Positions 21,175-33,993 of a DNA stretch of 64,000 nt are shown here, in pieces; position 1 is the stretch's first letter; each line of letters opens with the position of its first letter. A model generated the notes under the pieces. It searched no databases and was not told the origin of the DNA. It worked only from the letters and a program-made list of their open reading frames with translations. The stretch is taken from contig JAWSUS010000005.1 in assembly GCA_033549025.1 (NCBI GenBank), forward strand, positions 95,597 through 159,596, read 5' to 3'. This stretch comes from Desulfuromonadales bacterium. Lineage in GTDB: Bacteria; Desulfobacterota; Desulfuromonadia; Desulfuromonadales; SZUA-540. A program made the translations under genes and the position numbers.

Positions 21175-21533
21175 GCGAGGAGCGTCAGTCTCTCGGTCGC
21201 TGGGGAGAGGAAGAGGCGGCCCGCTACCTGTGTCGTCAGGGGATGAAAATCATTGTTCGAAATCTCCGTACGCCTTTGGGGGAAATCGACTTGGTGGTTC
21301 GGGATCGCCAAACCCTGGCTTTTGTTGAGGTAAAGACCCGTCGTACCCTCGCTTTCGGTTCCCCGCAGGAGGCGGTAGGGCCGCGTAAACAGCGGCAGAT
21401 CATCCGTTCCGCCCAGTGGTATCTCGCGTCCGGCCAAGGTCAGGGGCTGCAGCCCCGTTTCGACGTTCTGGCGGTTTCGCCCGGAGCAGCCGGCCCGGAG
21501 ATCGAATACATCCCCGATGCGTTCGGCCTCTAG
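21171..21533 (+). CDS. yraN: YraN/UPF0102 family protein
   Basis: [25 protein letters not shown]. Confidence 0.9.
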   Translation: MSEERQSLGRWGEEEAARYLCRQGMKIIVRNLRTPLGEIDLVVRDRQTLAFVEVKTRRTLAFGSPQEAVGPRKQRQIIRSAQWYLASGQGQGLQPRFDVLAVSPGAAGPEIEYIPDAFGL

Positions 21534-21615
21534 AGGGCGGTTTGTCGCCGAGCCTTCCGGTCGGGGAACCGGCGGACTTTTCAGTGCAGGCAAAACACAG
21601 ACGAAAGTAGTGCTC

Positions 21616-23583
21616 ATGATGAATCCTGTCTCGTTTGCTGATTGCGGTTTTTTGCGTTTGGCAGTAGCTTCCCCCGAGTTGCGGGTTGGCGATGTGGATT
21701 TCAACCTGGCGGCGATCTCGCGCGTGGTGGAAGAGGCGGCCGCGCAGCAGTGTCAGCTCCTTGTCTTTCCCGAACTGTGCCTGACCGCCTACAGCTGTGG
21801 CGACCTCTTTTTTCAGCCCCTTCTAATCGACAAAGCCCTGCGGGCCGTTGCCAACCTGGCTGCCCTGGCGGCGGAGTATGATATCGCCCTGGTTGTCGGA
21901 GCGCCGGTCCACCAGCAGGGCCGCCTCTTTAACGGGGCCTTTTTTCTGGCCGGTGGGCAGATTCTGGGGTGCGTACCCAAAACCTACCTGCCCAACACGC
22001 AGGAATTTTATGAAGAACGATGGTTTTCCTCCGCCCTGGACAGAACGGGGGATGAGATCTTTATAGACGACTGTGCCATACCTTTCGGGCCGGATCTGCT
22101 GTTTCAGGCTGTGAACAAGCCCGCCTGCATGGTGGGTATCGAAATTTGCGAAGATGCCTGGGTGTCCAACCCGCCGAGCGGAGAGATGGCCGGAGCGGGG
22201 GCGACGGTCCTGCTCAACCTGTCGGCCAGCCCGGAAGTGCTCGGCAAGCACAGCTACCGGCAGTCTCTGGTAGAGTCCCAAGCCGCCCGCTGTTTGGCCG
22301 CCTATGCCTACGCCTCGGCGGGGCCGGGGGAATCCAGCACCGACCTGGTTTTTTCCGGACATTCGCTGATTGCGGAAAACGGCGTGGTCCTTGCGGAAAC
22401 AGCACGTTTCGAATTCGACAGTCAACTGGCCATGGCCGATATTGATGTGGATCGGCTGGTGAGTGAACGGTTGAAAAACAACAGTTATGCCGCGGCGCGG
22501 GGCGAGCGGGTCTTCCGGGTTATCCCCTTTGAACTTAAGGGGACGGAAAAAAAAGCGGCCGGGATGTTACGCTCCATCTCGCGTACGCCCTTTGTTCCTG
22601 CCGATGATCGGGACAGGGCGCAGCGCTGTCGTGAAATTTTCGCCCTGCAGACCACGGCCCTGGCCAAGCGGCTCAGACACACGGCGGCCTCCCGGGTCGT
22701 CGTCGGTATCTCCGGCGGTCTCGATTCGACTCTGGCTCTGCTGGTGACGGTCAAGGCTTTTGACAAGCTGGGGCTGGATCACCAGGGGATTGTGGCCATC
22801 ACCATGCCGGGTTTCGGTACAACGCGGCGGACTCGGGGCAATGCCGAAAAACTCGCCGAACTGCTGGGCGTGACCCTACGTGTCATCCCCATCGACCAGG
22901 CCGTCAGGCAGCATTTTGCCGATATCGGGCACGACGCGTCTTTACACGATATTACCTACGAAAATGCCCAGGCGCGCGAACGCACCCAGATCCTGATGGA
23001 TGTCGCCAATCAGGTCGGCGGTCTGGTGATCGGGACGGGCGATCTCTCCGAGCTGGCCCTGGGATGGTGTACCTACAACGCCGATCACATGTCCATGTAC
23101 GGGGTGAACAGCGGGGTGCCGAAAACACTGGTCCGCTATCTGGTCGACTGGTGTGCCCTGGAGGAATTCAGTGGCGAGACGTCGGCGGTTTTACGGGATG
23201 TCTGCGAGACGCCCGTTTCGCCGGAACTGCTGCCTCCCGGCGAGGGGGACGAGATTCGGCAGATCACCGAGGATCAGGTCGGCCCTTATGTGCTGCACGA
23301 TTTCTTCCTCTACCACCTGGTTCGTCTGCAGTCTCCCCCTAAAAAAATATACCTCCTGGCCTGTCATGCCTTTGCCGGGGAGTTCGCCCCGGACGAAATC
23401 GTCAAATGGCAGCGTATCTTCTTCCGGCGCTTTTTCTCCCAGCAGTTCAAGCGATCCTGTCTCCCGGATGGTCCCAAGGTCGGCAGTGTAGCCCTGTCGC
23501 CCCGCGGGGACTGGCGCATGCCCAGCGACGCGAGCGTGAATCTCTGGATGGCCGAGTTGGAGTCTTTGCCCGATGATGCGTGA
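21616..23583 (+). CDS. nadE: Glutamine-dependent NAD+ synthetase
   Basis: Nitrilase domain FPEL, PK, EICED; synthetase [20 protein letters not shown]. Confidence 0.95.
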   Translation: MMNPVSFADCGFLRLAVASPELRVGDVDFNLAAISRVVEEAAAQQCQLLVFPELCLTAYSCGDLFFQPLLIDKALRAVANLAALAAEYDIALVVGAPVHQQGRLFNGAFFLAGGQILGCVPKTYLPNTQEFYEERWFSSALDRTGDEIFIDDCAIPFGPDLLFQAVNKPACMVGIEICEDAWVSNPPSGEMAGAGATVLLNLSASPEVLGKHSYRQSLVESQAARCLAAYAYASAGPGESSTDLVFSGHSLIAENGVVLAETARFEFDSQLAMADIDVDRLVSERLKNNSYAAARGERVFRVIPFELKGTEKKAAGMLRSISRTPFVPADDRDRAQRCREIFALQTTALAKRLRHTAASRVVVGISGGLDSTLALLVTVKAFDKLGLDHQGIVAITMPGFGTTRRTRGNAEKLAELLGVTLRVIPIDQAVRQHFADIGHDASLHDITYENAQARERTQILMDVANQVGGLVIGTGDLSELALGWCTYNADHMSMYGVNSGVPKTLVRYLVDWCALEEFSGETSAVLRDVCETPVSPELLPPGEGDEIRQITEDQVGPYVLHDFFLYHLVRLQSPPKKIYLLACHAFAGEFAPDEIVKWQRIFFRRFFSQQFKRSCLPDGPKVGSVALSPRGDWRMPSDASVNLWMAELESLPDDA

Positions 23584-24448
23584 GTCCACCGAGACGGCCG
23601 GCGCCGCCGGGGTTCTCTATCTGGTGTCCACGCCCATTGGCAACCTCGAGGACATGACGCTCAGAGCTTTGCGCGTTCTCAAGGAAGTGGCCCTGGTGGC
23701 GGCCGAAGATACCCGTCACAGCCGCAAGCTCTTTTCCCATTATGGCATCAGTACCCCACTGACCTCCTGCCACCAGCACAATGAAGCCGGCAAGGGGGAG
23801 CAGCTTCTGGCCGCCCTGCGCGAAGGCCGATCCGTGGCGCTCATTTCCGATGCGGGTACGCCGGGCATCGCCGACCCCGGCTACCGATTGTTGTGCCGCT
23901 GCCTGGAGGCGGGCATCGAGGTGGTGCCTATTCCGGGTCCGTCGGCTGTAATTACGGCGCTGTCCGTCTCGGGTCTGCCGACGGAGCGCTTTGCCTTCGA
24001 AGGGTTTCTGCCGTCCAAAAAACTGGCGCGTTTGGCCCAGTTGACCGCCTTGCAGTCGGAAAGCCGTACACTGGTCTTTTACGAAGCGCCCCATCGCCTG
24101 CTGGCGACCCTGAAGGATATGATCTCTGTGTGCGGAACGACACGACCGGCGGTAGTGGCGCGGGAACTGACCAAGCTGCACGAGGAGGTGTTTCGGGGGA
24201 CGCTGGCTGAGGCGCTGGACCATTTCAGCTCGGCCCGAGTACGCGGAGAAATTGTCTTGCTGCTGGGGCCGGCTTCAGGGGTGGAAGAAAAACCGGCAGA
24301 GACGGTGAAGGACGCTTTGCTGCGGCTGCACCGGGAGACCGCTCTGCCGCGCCGGCAGCTGGTCAAGCGGGTCGCGAAGGAGCTGGGCCTGCCGGGCGCC
24401 GAGGTGTATCGGGAAAGTCTGGAGTTGCCGGAACTGGGCAAGGACTAA
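23576..24448 (+). CDS. rsmI: 16S rRNA C1402 2'-O-methyltransferase
   Basis: [40 protein letters not shown]. Confidence 0.95.
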   Translation: MRESTETAGAAGVLYLVSTPIGNLEDMTLRALRVLKEVALVAAEDTRHSRKLFSHYGISTPLTSCHQHNEAGKGEQLLAALREGRSVALISDAGTPGIADPGYRLLCRCLEAGIEVVPIPGPSAVITALSVSGLPTERFAFEGFLPSKKLARLAQLTALQSESRTLVFYEAPHRLLATLKDMISVCGTTRPAVVARELTKLHEEVFRGTLAEALDHFSSARVRGEIVLLLGPASGVEEKPAETVKDALLRLHRETALPRRQLVKRVAKELGLPGAEVYRESLELPELGKD

Positions 24449-24487
24449 AATCCCTGGTCTTCCGGTTCGAGGTCTCGTGACGGCAGG

Positions 24488-26922
<2,435 letters not shown>

Positions 26923-26965
26923 TCACTTGTGATGATGTTGATTCCTGAATGTGTTGGAGATTCCC

Positions 26966-28231
26966 ATGCCTGAACCTGATGATGTCTGGATACGCCTGAG
27001 TTTACTGGCCGTCCTTTTTGTGCTTTCCGCTTTTTTCTCCGGCTCGGAAACGGCCCTGATGTCGCTGGACAAGCTGCGCCTGAAATATCTGGTGCAGAAA
27101 AAACGCCGCGGGGCCGAGCGACTGGAAGAGCTCCTGGATAGCCCCGAGAAGCTCCTAGGGGGAATCCTGGTCGGAAACAATCTGGTAAATATCGCCATCT
27201 CCGTATTCGCCACGGGGCTGCTCGTCCAGCTCTATGGTGAAAAAGGGGAGTTGCTCACCATCCTCCTGGTGACCCCCCTGCTGCTGGTTTTCTCCGAGGT
27301 GCTGCCCAAGAGCTACGCTGCCAAACAGTCGGAGGCGATGTCCTTCGCGGTGCTGAGGCCGATCGGGATCGTTCTCAAGGTGCTGGCGCCGGCGATCTGG
27401 CTCATCACCGGCGTCACTCGCTTCCTGTCGCGACTTATCCCCGGCGAGCAGGAGAAGCCGATCCTCTCCGAGGATGAAATCCGCACCATTATTACGGTTG
27501 GCGAGCAGACGGGGGTTGTCCATATGGAGAAGCACCAGATGCTCCATGGGATTTTCGATCTGGCGGAAATGCGCGTTCGCGATGTGATGATACCCCGTAC
27601 CGAAGTCGTCGGCATCGAAGTGCATTCGACCTTTGAAGAGGCGCTTCTCCTAGTTCAGCAGGCCCATCATTCCCGTTTTCCGGTTTATGAAGAAAACCTC
27701 GACAGCATTGTGGGCATCATTCATTCCAAGGATATCCTGAGTTTCGTGGGGAGCCCTGACAGGTTCTCTTTGAGGGATATCGCCCGGCCTCCCTACTTTG
27801 TCCCCGAATCCAAGCGCATCGAAACGTTGCTGCAGTCCTTCCGCCGCAAGCGTATGCACCTGGCGATCGTGGTGGATGAGTATGGCGGGGTCGAAGGGAT
27901 CGTGACTCTTGAAGATATTTTTGAAGAAATCGTCGGCGAAATTCAGGACGAGTACGATGTCGAAGAAGAGATGCTGCGGGAGCTTGCCCCGGGCCGCTAC
28001 CTTGTTGATGGCAGTACCTCGCTGCGAACGATCAACAAGCGCTTCCACCTGAAACTGTCCGAAGAGCATGTCACCACTCTGGCCGGCTTCCTGTTAAGAG
28101 CCCTCGGCACCATACCCCAGGAAGGCGAAACCTGTGAATCGGAGGGTGTGCAGTTTATCGTGCGCAAGGTGGTGGATCGCCGTATTGAGGAGATCGAAAT
28201 GTTGCTGCCCGAGTCGACAAAGGATTCCTGA
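26966..28231 (+). CDS. CNNM/CBS/CorC-HlyC family transporter-associated protein
   Basis: SAFFSGSETA, GNNLVN, EVLPK, HSRFPV, VVDEYGG..GIVT.ED. Confidence 0.9.
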   Translation: MPEPDDVWIRLSLLAVLFVLSAFFSGSETALMSLDKLRLKYLVQKKRRGAERLEELLDSPEKLLGGILVGNNLVNIAISVFATGLLVQLYGEKGELLTILLVTPLLLVFSEVLPKSYAAKQSEAMSFAVLRPIGIVLKVLAPAIWLITGVTRFLSRLIPGEQEKPILSEDEIRTIITVGEQTGVVHMEKHQMLHGIFDLAEMRVRDVMIPRTEVVGIEVHSTFEEALLLVQQAHHSRFPVYEENLDSIVGIIHSKDILSFVGSPDRFSLRDIARPPYFVPESKRIETLLQSFRRKRMHLAIVVDEYGGVEGIVTLEDIFEEIVGEIQDEYDVEEEMLRELAPGRYLVDGSTSLRTINKRFHLKLSEEHVTTLAGFLLRALGTIPQEGETCESEGVQFIVRKVVDRRIEEIEMLLPESTKDS

Positions 28232-28343
28232 TTTCAACTCGCCAACCACCGTTTTTTCCTTAACCCCCTTTTTGGGGGTTTTTTTGTGCCTGTTTTGGGA
28301 CCTTACCCCAATTCTAAACCCTTACCAGAGAAGAAATATCTCC

Positions 28344-28372
28344 TTGACAAGGGTATGGGCCACGGCTATAGT
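28344..28372 (+). promoter_or_regulatory. Sigma-70 promoter of the dcw cluster
   Basis: TTGACA-17 bp-TATAGT upstream of mraZ. Confidence 0.8.
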
Positions 28373-28379
28373 TTCCCAC

Positions 28380-28405
28380 AAAGTGTAATTTAGTGACAAA
28401 TTGGA
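28380..28405 (+). promoter_or_regulatory. Possible MraZ operator repeats
   Basis: AAAGTG / TTAGTG / AATTGG at about 10-bp spacing just downstream of the promoter. Confidence 0.4.
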
Positions 28406-28418
28406 CCAAAAGAGGGCA

Positions 28419-28865
28419 ATGAGCTTCCAAGGCGAATTCTACAATTCGATCGACCCCAAAGGGCGAGCCAGCATACCGGCCCGTTTCCGCGAAATTCTGG
28501 CGGATGCCCATGGGGAGGAGCGTCTTTTTGTGACCAAGAACTGGGATGGCGGGCTCAGCGCCTATCCCGTGCCCCTCTGGGAGAAGAATCGTCAGAAGGT
28601 AGAAGAACTTCCCCCTGGTCCTCAGCGCAACGCCGCTTTTCGCCTTGTTGTTGCTCCGGCGGTGGAATGTTCCTTCGACAAGCAGGGTCGCATTCTGATT
28701 CCGGAAGCGCTGCGGCTTCACGCCAATCTGGAACGGGATATCGTGGTCGTGGGCATGTCGGACCGCATTGAAATATACAGTAAAGACAAGCACGCCGAAG
28801 TGACCCAGACGGCGGTGTCTTTTGTGCAGGAAGATCCCCAGTTCATGTCGGATCTGGGATTCTAG
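28419..28865 (+). CDS. mraZ: Transcriptional regulator MraZ
   Basis: Duplicated IDPKGR.SIP and FDKQGRILIP motifs. Confidence 0.95.
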   Translation: MSFQGEFYNSIDPKGRASIPARFREILADAHGEERLFVTKNWDGGLSAYPVPLWEKNRQKVEELPPGPQRNAAFRLVVAPAVECSFDKQGRILIPEALRLHANLERDIVVVGMSDRIEIYSKDKHAEVTQTAVSFVQEDPQFMSDLGF

Positions 28866-28867
28866 GT

Positions 28868-29815
28868 TTGTCTGGCGCCGAGTTCAGGCATCTGTCGGTG
28901 ATGCCCAAAGAGGTTCTGGCCTACCTGGCCCCGCAGGCAGGTGAAATTTTTCTGGATGGCACCTTGGGTGGCGGCGGACATGCCCGCCTGATCCTGGAAG
29001 CGTCGGCACCGGATGGCCGCTTGATCGGGCTCGATCGCGACCCGGCGGCGCTGAAAAAAGCGGGTGAAGTTCTGGCTCCCTTCGGGGATCGGGCGGTGCT
29101 GAGACACGGCAACTTTGCAGAGGCGAACCACATCCTGCCGTCGCTGGGCGTGGACCGGGTAGATGGCATTCTGCTGGATCTGGGAGTTTCCTCCCACCAG
29201 CTTGATGCCGAGGAGAGAGGTTTCTCCTTTCGTGCCGATGCGCCCCTGGATATGCGCATGGATACCACCGCCGGTCAGACGGCCGCCGATGTACTTGAAA
29301 GTGCCAGTGCGGAGGAGTTGGCCCGTATTTTTCGCGAATACGGAGAGGAGCGCTGGGCGGGGCGCATTGCCCGCCGTATCCTGGCCACCCGGACCGAAAA
29401 ACCCCTCTTGACCACGGGGCAGTTGGCGGACTTGGTTCGGGACACGGTTCCCGGTGGTTACAAGCCGGCCAGGATTCACCCTGCCACGCGGGTTTTTCAG
29501 GCTTTGAGAATTCAGGTTAACGGCGAACTCGATCATGTGGCCCAGGGTATCAGCCGAGGCTTGGAGCTTTTGAAGCCGGGAGGACGTATGGTGGTCATCA
29601 GTTTTCACTCACTGGAAGACCGCATCGTCAAACAGTTTTTTCAACGACAGGCGCAAAGCTGCATCTGTCCGCCGCAGCTTCCCTATTGCAACTGCGGTCA
29701 CCAGGCGAAACTTGAAATTTTGACCCGCAAGGCCGTTCGCGCCAGCGAAGAAGAGATTGCCGACAATCCCCGAGCACGCAGTGCGGTTCTTCGGGCCGCC
29801 CGGCGTCTCGACTGA
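28868..29815 (+). CDS. rsmH: 16S rRNA C1402 N4-methyltransferase
   Basis: DGTLGGGGH, DLGVSS, PLDMRM, ISFHSLEDR, NPRARSA. Confidence 0.96.
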   Translation: MSGAEFRHLSVMPKEVLAYLAPQAGEIFLDGTLGGGGHARLILEASAPDGRLIGLDRDPAALKKAGEVLAPFGDRAVLRHGNFAEANHILPSLGVDRVDGILLDLGVSSHQLDAEERGFSFRADAPLDMRMDTTAGQTAADVLESASAEELARIFREYGEERWAGRIARRILATRTEKPLLTTGQLADLVRDTVPGGYKPARIHPATRVFQALRIQVNGELDHVAQGISRGLELLKPGGRMVVISFHSLEDRIVKQFFQRQAQSCICPPQLPYCNCGHQAKLEILTRKAVRASEEEIADNPRARSAVLRAARRLD

Positions 29816-29839
29816 TGTGAAGAGGGTAAAGGAGAGATC

Positions 29840-30157
29840 ATGTCTGAACTTATTTTGAGGGCTTTCCCCAGGTTTGGGGGGGTGGCGCTGAGAAAACCGA
29901 GCCTGATGCCCGTTATGGCTTTTATCGGTCTGATGCTGGCCATCTCTCTCTTTTTCGTCTGGACCCGCATCCAGGTGATCAACCTTGAATATCAGATTTC
30001 CAGCCAGCAGGAGCGGTTGCGGGACATGCACCAGGAGAACAAAAACCTGCGCCTGGAAGCGGCCAGTCTGCGCAATCCGGCTCGAATAGAAAAAGTGGCC
30101 GTCAGCGAACTGGGCTTGAGGTTTCCGGCTCCGCAACAGGTCATCACGGTAAGGTAG
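29840..30157 (+). CDS. ftsL: Cell division protein FtsL
   Basis: One TM plus coiled coil, L..P.RIE..A..ELG; follows rsmH. Confidence 0.85.
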   Translation: MSELILRAFPRFGGVALRKPSLMPVMAFIGLMLAISLFFVWTRIQVINLEYQISSQQERLRDMHQENKNLRLEAASLRNPARIEKVAVSELGLRFPAPQQVITVR

Positions 30158-30178
30158 ATCTATTGAGGGATTGTTGTT

Positions 30179-30451
30179 ATGGAATTGTTGGACCCTAAAG
30201 AAAAGCAGGACCTGTGGCAGGAAATGCAGGAGCTGCTGGACATAAGAGAAAAGAAGAGGTCGCGCCACCTTGTCGGGGTAGTGGGCCTTTTTTTCTGTAT
30301 GGGGGTGAGCCTGCTCGTGCTGGGAGCCTGCTATCAGGCCGACCGGGAAAAGACAACCTATACCTCCTTTGATTCGGCTTATGCCGGAAGCGAGACAAAC
30401 CTGATGCAGCCGTCGCAAGACACCGATCCGCCGACGATCATTCACCTTTAA
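30179..30451 (+). CDS. Hypothetical 90-aa bitopic membrane protein inside dcw
   Basis: RBS GAGGG; fills the ftsL-ftsI gap; one TM segment. Confidence 0.6.
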   Translation: MELLDPKEKQDLWQEMQELLDIREKKRSRHLVGVVGLFFCMGVSLLVLGACYQADREKTTYTSFDSAYAGSETNLMQPSQDTDPPTIIHL

Positions 30452-30474
30452 GAGACGCCGGGTGGGAGTGCAGC

Positions 30475-32442
30475 TTGGATAAACAGGAGAAATGGGGACG
30501 TTATCGCATTCGGTTCATTGGCCTGTGTTTTTTGCTGGCCTTTGTCCTGATTTCCGTCCGTGCCTTCAGTATCCAGGTTTTGAATCAGGAAGAATGGCGC
30601 AAAAGGGCCGAAAGGCAGCACCAGAAGGTCATCTCCCTGGCGCCCAAGCGGGGGGCGATTTTCGATGCCCATGGCGAGGAGATGGCGCTGAGCGTGGAAG
30701 TCGACTCGATTTATGTCGATGCGCGCAAAGTGAAAGACCTGAACGGAGAGGCTCAGGCGCTGGCCAAGGCCCTGACGCTGCCCGTCGCCGCGGTCAAGGC
30801 CAAACTGAGTTCAGGCAAAAGTTTTATCTGGCTCAAAAGGCGGGTCTCTCCCAAAGAGAGCGACAAGGTCAAGGCACTGAATCTGGCCAGCGTCGATTTC
30901 ATCAAAGAGCATCGGCGCTATTACCCCAATGCGGAGATCGGCGCCCAGGTTATTGGATTTTCCGGCCTCGACCCCGAAGGGTTGGAGGGGGTTGAGCTTC
31001 GCTACGATGCCATGATTCTTGGCCAGTCAGGATATCTGGTCACCGAAAAAGATGCTCTTGGGCGTGGTATGGGAGCGGGGGTTCAGCCATTGCAGGAACA
31101 AAGCCAGGGCTACAACGTCTATCTGACCCTGGACAAGAACCTCCAGTACATTGCCGAAAAAGAGTTGGCGGCGGGCATAGCGGCGGTCCAGGGTAAATCG
31201 GGGTCCGTTGTTGTGCTCGACCCGGAAACAGGGCGTGTGTTGGCCATGGCCAGCCAGCCCGACTATAACCCCAATTCGTTTTTCAATTACAAACCGGCCC
31301 AGTGGCGGAACCGGTCGATAACCGATGCTTTTGAGCCCGGTTCCACCTTCAAGGTGTTTCTTATCGCCGCCGCTTTGAATGAGGGGGTCATCAAGGCTTC
31401 TCAGAAAATTGACTGTGAGAACGGCAAGCTGGCAGTAGGCGGCAAGGTGATTCATGACCACCGCCCCTACGGAAAATTGAATGTCGGTGAGATTCTCAAG
31501 TTCAGCTCCAATGTGGGGTCGGCCAAAATAGGCAAAGCTCTGGAGCGCGAGCGTTATTACCGCTATATCCGGGACTTTGGCTTTGGCGACAAAACAGGCA
31601 TTGATCTGCCTGGCGAGGCGGAAGGGTTGATCCGCAAGCCGTCCGACTGGTTTGAAATCGATCTGGCGGCCATCTCCTTCGGACAGGGTTTGAGCGTGAC
31701 GCCGATTCAGCTGGTGGCAGCTACGGCGGCCCTGGCCAATGGCGGCAACCTGATGAAGCCCTATGTGGTCGACAGGGTGGTGGACACCAATGGGCAGATC
31801 ATTAAAAAGAACAGCCCCCGCGTGGTTCGCCGGGTCGTTTCAGAGGATGTCGCCAGCCGGGTCCGCCAGATGATGGGCCAGGTAACGGAAGAGGGCGGCA
31901 CCGGAACGATGGGGGCCGTGGCCGGTTATCGCGTCGGCGGCAAGACGGGAACGGCTCAGAAGGTCGATCCGGTTACAGGGGGATATTCAGCGGACAAGCG
32001 GGTTTCCTCTTTCGTCGGCCTGGTGCCAGTGGATGATCCCCGCCTGGTCATTCTGGTGGTGGTGGATGAACCGGAGGGGAAAGCCTATGGCGGACTGGTC
32101 GCGGCGCCGATTTTCTCGCGCATTGCCGCCAAGTCGCTCCACTATCTGAAGGTACCGGCCACGGCGCCGACCTACGTGGCCTCGACACCTCCCTCTGTGG
32201 AGGCTTCAGCCTTTCCGCTGAACAAAAACCTCAAGGCGGCCTGGAATGAAAACGGTCATGAAGGCGTGCGTATGCCGGATTGCCAGGGACAGAGTTACAG
32301 GCAGGTGCTCCAGACCATGGAAAGGACCGGCCTGAATATTCAGTTGAGAGGCAGCGGCCGCGTCGTGGAGCAGTCGCCCCGGCCGGGTGAACCGATTCGA
32401 TACGAACAGGAAGTCTGGGTGAAGTTGGCGCCGCCGGCCTGA
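30475..32442 (+). CDS. ftsI: Penicillin-binding protein 3 with C-terminal PASTA domain
   Basis: RGAIFD, EPGSTFK (SxxK), SSN, KTGTAQ. Confidence 0.95.
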   Translation: MDKQEKWGRYRIRFIGLCFLLAFVLISVRAFSIQVLNQEEWRKRAERQHQKVISLAPKRGAIFDAHGEEMALSVEVDSIYVDARKVKDLNGEAQALAKALTLPVAAVKAKLSSGKSFIWLKRRVSPKESDKVKALNLASVDFIKEHRRYYPNAEIGAQVIGFSGLDPEGLEGVELRYDAMILGQSGYLVTEKDALGRGMGAGVQPLQEQSQGYNVYLTLDKNLQYIAEKELAAGIAAVQGKSGSVVVLDPETGRVLAMASQPDYNPNSFFNYKPAQWRNRSITDAFEPGSTFKVFLIAAALNEGVIKASQKIDCENGKLAVGGKVIHDHRPYGKLNVGEILKFSSNVGSAKIGKALERERYYRYIRDFGFGDKTGIDLPGEAEGLIRKPSDWFEIDLAAISFGQGLSVTPIQLVAATAALANGGNLMKPYVVDRVVDTNGQIIKKNSPRVVRRVVSEDVASRVRQMMGQVTEEGGTGTMGAVAGYRVGGKTGTAQKVDPVTGGYSADKRVSSFVGLVPVDDPRLVILVVVDEPEGKAYGGLVAAPIFSRIAAKSLHYLKVPATAPTYVASTPPSVEASAFPLNKNLKAAWNENGHEGVRMPDCQGQSYRQVLQTMERTGLNIQLRGSGRVVEQSPRPGEPIRYEQEVWVKLAPPA

Positions 32443-32489
32443 CCGGATGAACTGTCCCCCTTAGCCAGGACAAGGAATAACCTGACTCT

Positions 32490-33989
32490 ATGAAACTTTT
32501 TGAGATGATCGAAAAGATACCGGCCTGCCAGGTAGCGGGGCCCCAGACCCAGATAATCACCGGGTTGTTTTATGACTCCCGGCAGGTGGTCGAGGGTGGT
32601 GCCTTCTTCGCCCTGCCGGGGACCAAAGCTGACGGTCATCTCTTTGTCGAGGACGCCATTGCCCGTGGCGCCGTCGCTGTTTTTGCCGAGAAGCCACTGA
32701 ACCTTCCGGAAGGGGTGACGCTGGTCCGGGTGGAAAATGCCCGACAGGCCATGGCTCTGGCCGCCCATGCGTTCTATGGCAATCCGACTGCCGATATTCC
32801 TGTGGTCGGCGTGACCGGCACCAACGGCAAGACCACGGTAACGTATCTGCTCGAAGCTATTCTGCGGACTGCCGGAAAAAAACCGGCCGTCTTTGGAACC
32901 GTCAACTACCGCTATGGCAAGGCCGAGTTGCCCTCCAGCCATACAACCCCTGAGTCGGTAGATTTCCTGCGGACCTTGGCCGATTTTCGCGCTCAGGGTG
33001 CCGATGCACTGGTCCTGGAGGTTTCGAGCCATGCCTTGGAGCAGTATCGTGTCGAAGGCATTTGCTTTGACGTCGGCATCTTTACCAACCTGACGCCGGA
33101 ACACCTGGATTATCACGGCACCATGGAGGGATATTATGCCAGCAAGGCCGCTTTTTTTCGCCGGCTGCTGCCTTCCTGTGGCGGCAGGGCGGTGGTCAAC
33201 ATCGATGACCCCTACGGCAAACGCCTGGCCGCCGAACTTTCTGGCGTTTTGACCTGTGGCTGCACGGAGCAGGCGATGGTCCGGGTCAAAGAGGCGCAGC
33301 TGAATGTTGAAGGCATCGCGGCCAGAATCAGCACCGCTCAAGATGAAATCGACCTGAAATCGTCTCTGGTCGGCCAGTTCAACCTGCAGAATATTCTCTG
33401 TGCGTTTGCCGCGGGATTGGCTCTTAACCTGGAAGCGCCCCTCGTGGCAGCGGGAATTGCTGAGGCGGCCATGGTGCCGGGACGGCTGGAGCGCATCGAA
33501 AATGACCGCGGGGCATTAATCCTGGTGGATTATGCCCACACCGGCGATGCCCTGGATAAGGTCCTCTCGACCCTTAAGGATCTGCAGCCCCGGCGGCTTG
33601 TCGCCGTGTTCGGTTGCGGCGGTGACCGGGACCGCAGCAAACGCCCGGTCATGGGGGAAGTCGCCGCGCGTTATGCCGATCTGGTGGTGCTGACCTCCGA
33701 CAACCCCCGCACGGAAGATCCCTTCGCCATACTGGCGGAAGTGCGGCCGGGAATCGAGCGCCACTACCCGCAGGAAATCAGCCTCGACGAGGGCCAAAAT
33801 GGTTGCCGGGGCTTTGTCGTGCTGGCGGACCGCCGGAAGGCCATTCGTTACGCCGTTTCGACCCTCGGGGAGGGCGACATTCTTCTGGTCGCTGGGAAAG
33901 GCCACGAAGACTACCAGATTATCGGTACCGAAAAACATCATTTCGACGATCGCGAGGAATTGCGGCAAGCACTGGCCTCCGAGGAGTGA
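32490..33989 (+). CDS. murE: UDP-MurNAc-tripeptide synthetase (meso-DAP type)
   Basis: GVTGTNGKTT, EVSSH, DYAHT, DNPR specificity motif, GKGHE. Confidence 0.96.
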   Translation: MKLFEMIEKIPACQVAGPQTQIITGLFYDSRQVVEGGAFFALPGTKADGHLFVEDAIARGAVAVFAEKPLNLPEGVTLVRVENARQAMALAAHAFYGNPTADIPVVGVTGTNGKTTVTYLLEAILRTAGKKPAVFGTVNYRYGKAELPSSHTTPESVDFLRTLADFRAQGADALVLEVSSHALEQYRVEGICFDVGIFTNLTPEHLDYHGTMEGYYASKAAFFRRLLPSCGGRAVVNIDDPYGKRLAAELSGVLTCGCTEQAMVRVKEAQLNVEGIAARISTAQDEIDLKSSLVGQFNLQNILCAFAAGLALNLEAPLVAAGIAEAAMVPGRLERIENDRGALILVDYAHTGDALDKVLSTLKDLQPRRLVAVFGCGGDRDRSKRPVMGEVAARYADLVVLTSDNPRTEDPFAILAEVRPGIERHYPQEISLDEGQNGCRGFVVLADRRKAIRYAVSTLGEGDILLVAGKGHEDYQIIGTEKHHFDDREELRQALASEE

Positions 33990-33993
33990 AGGC

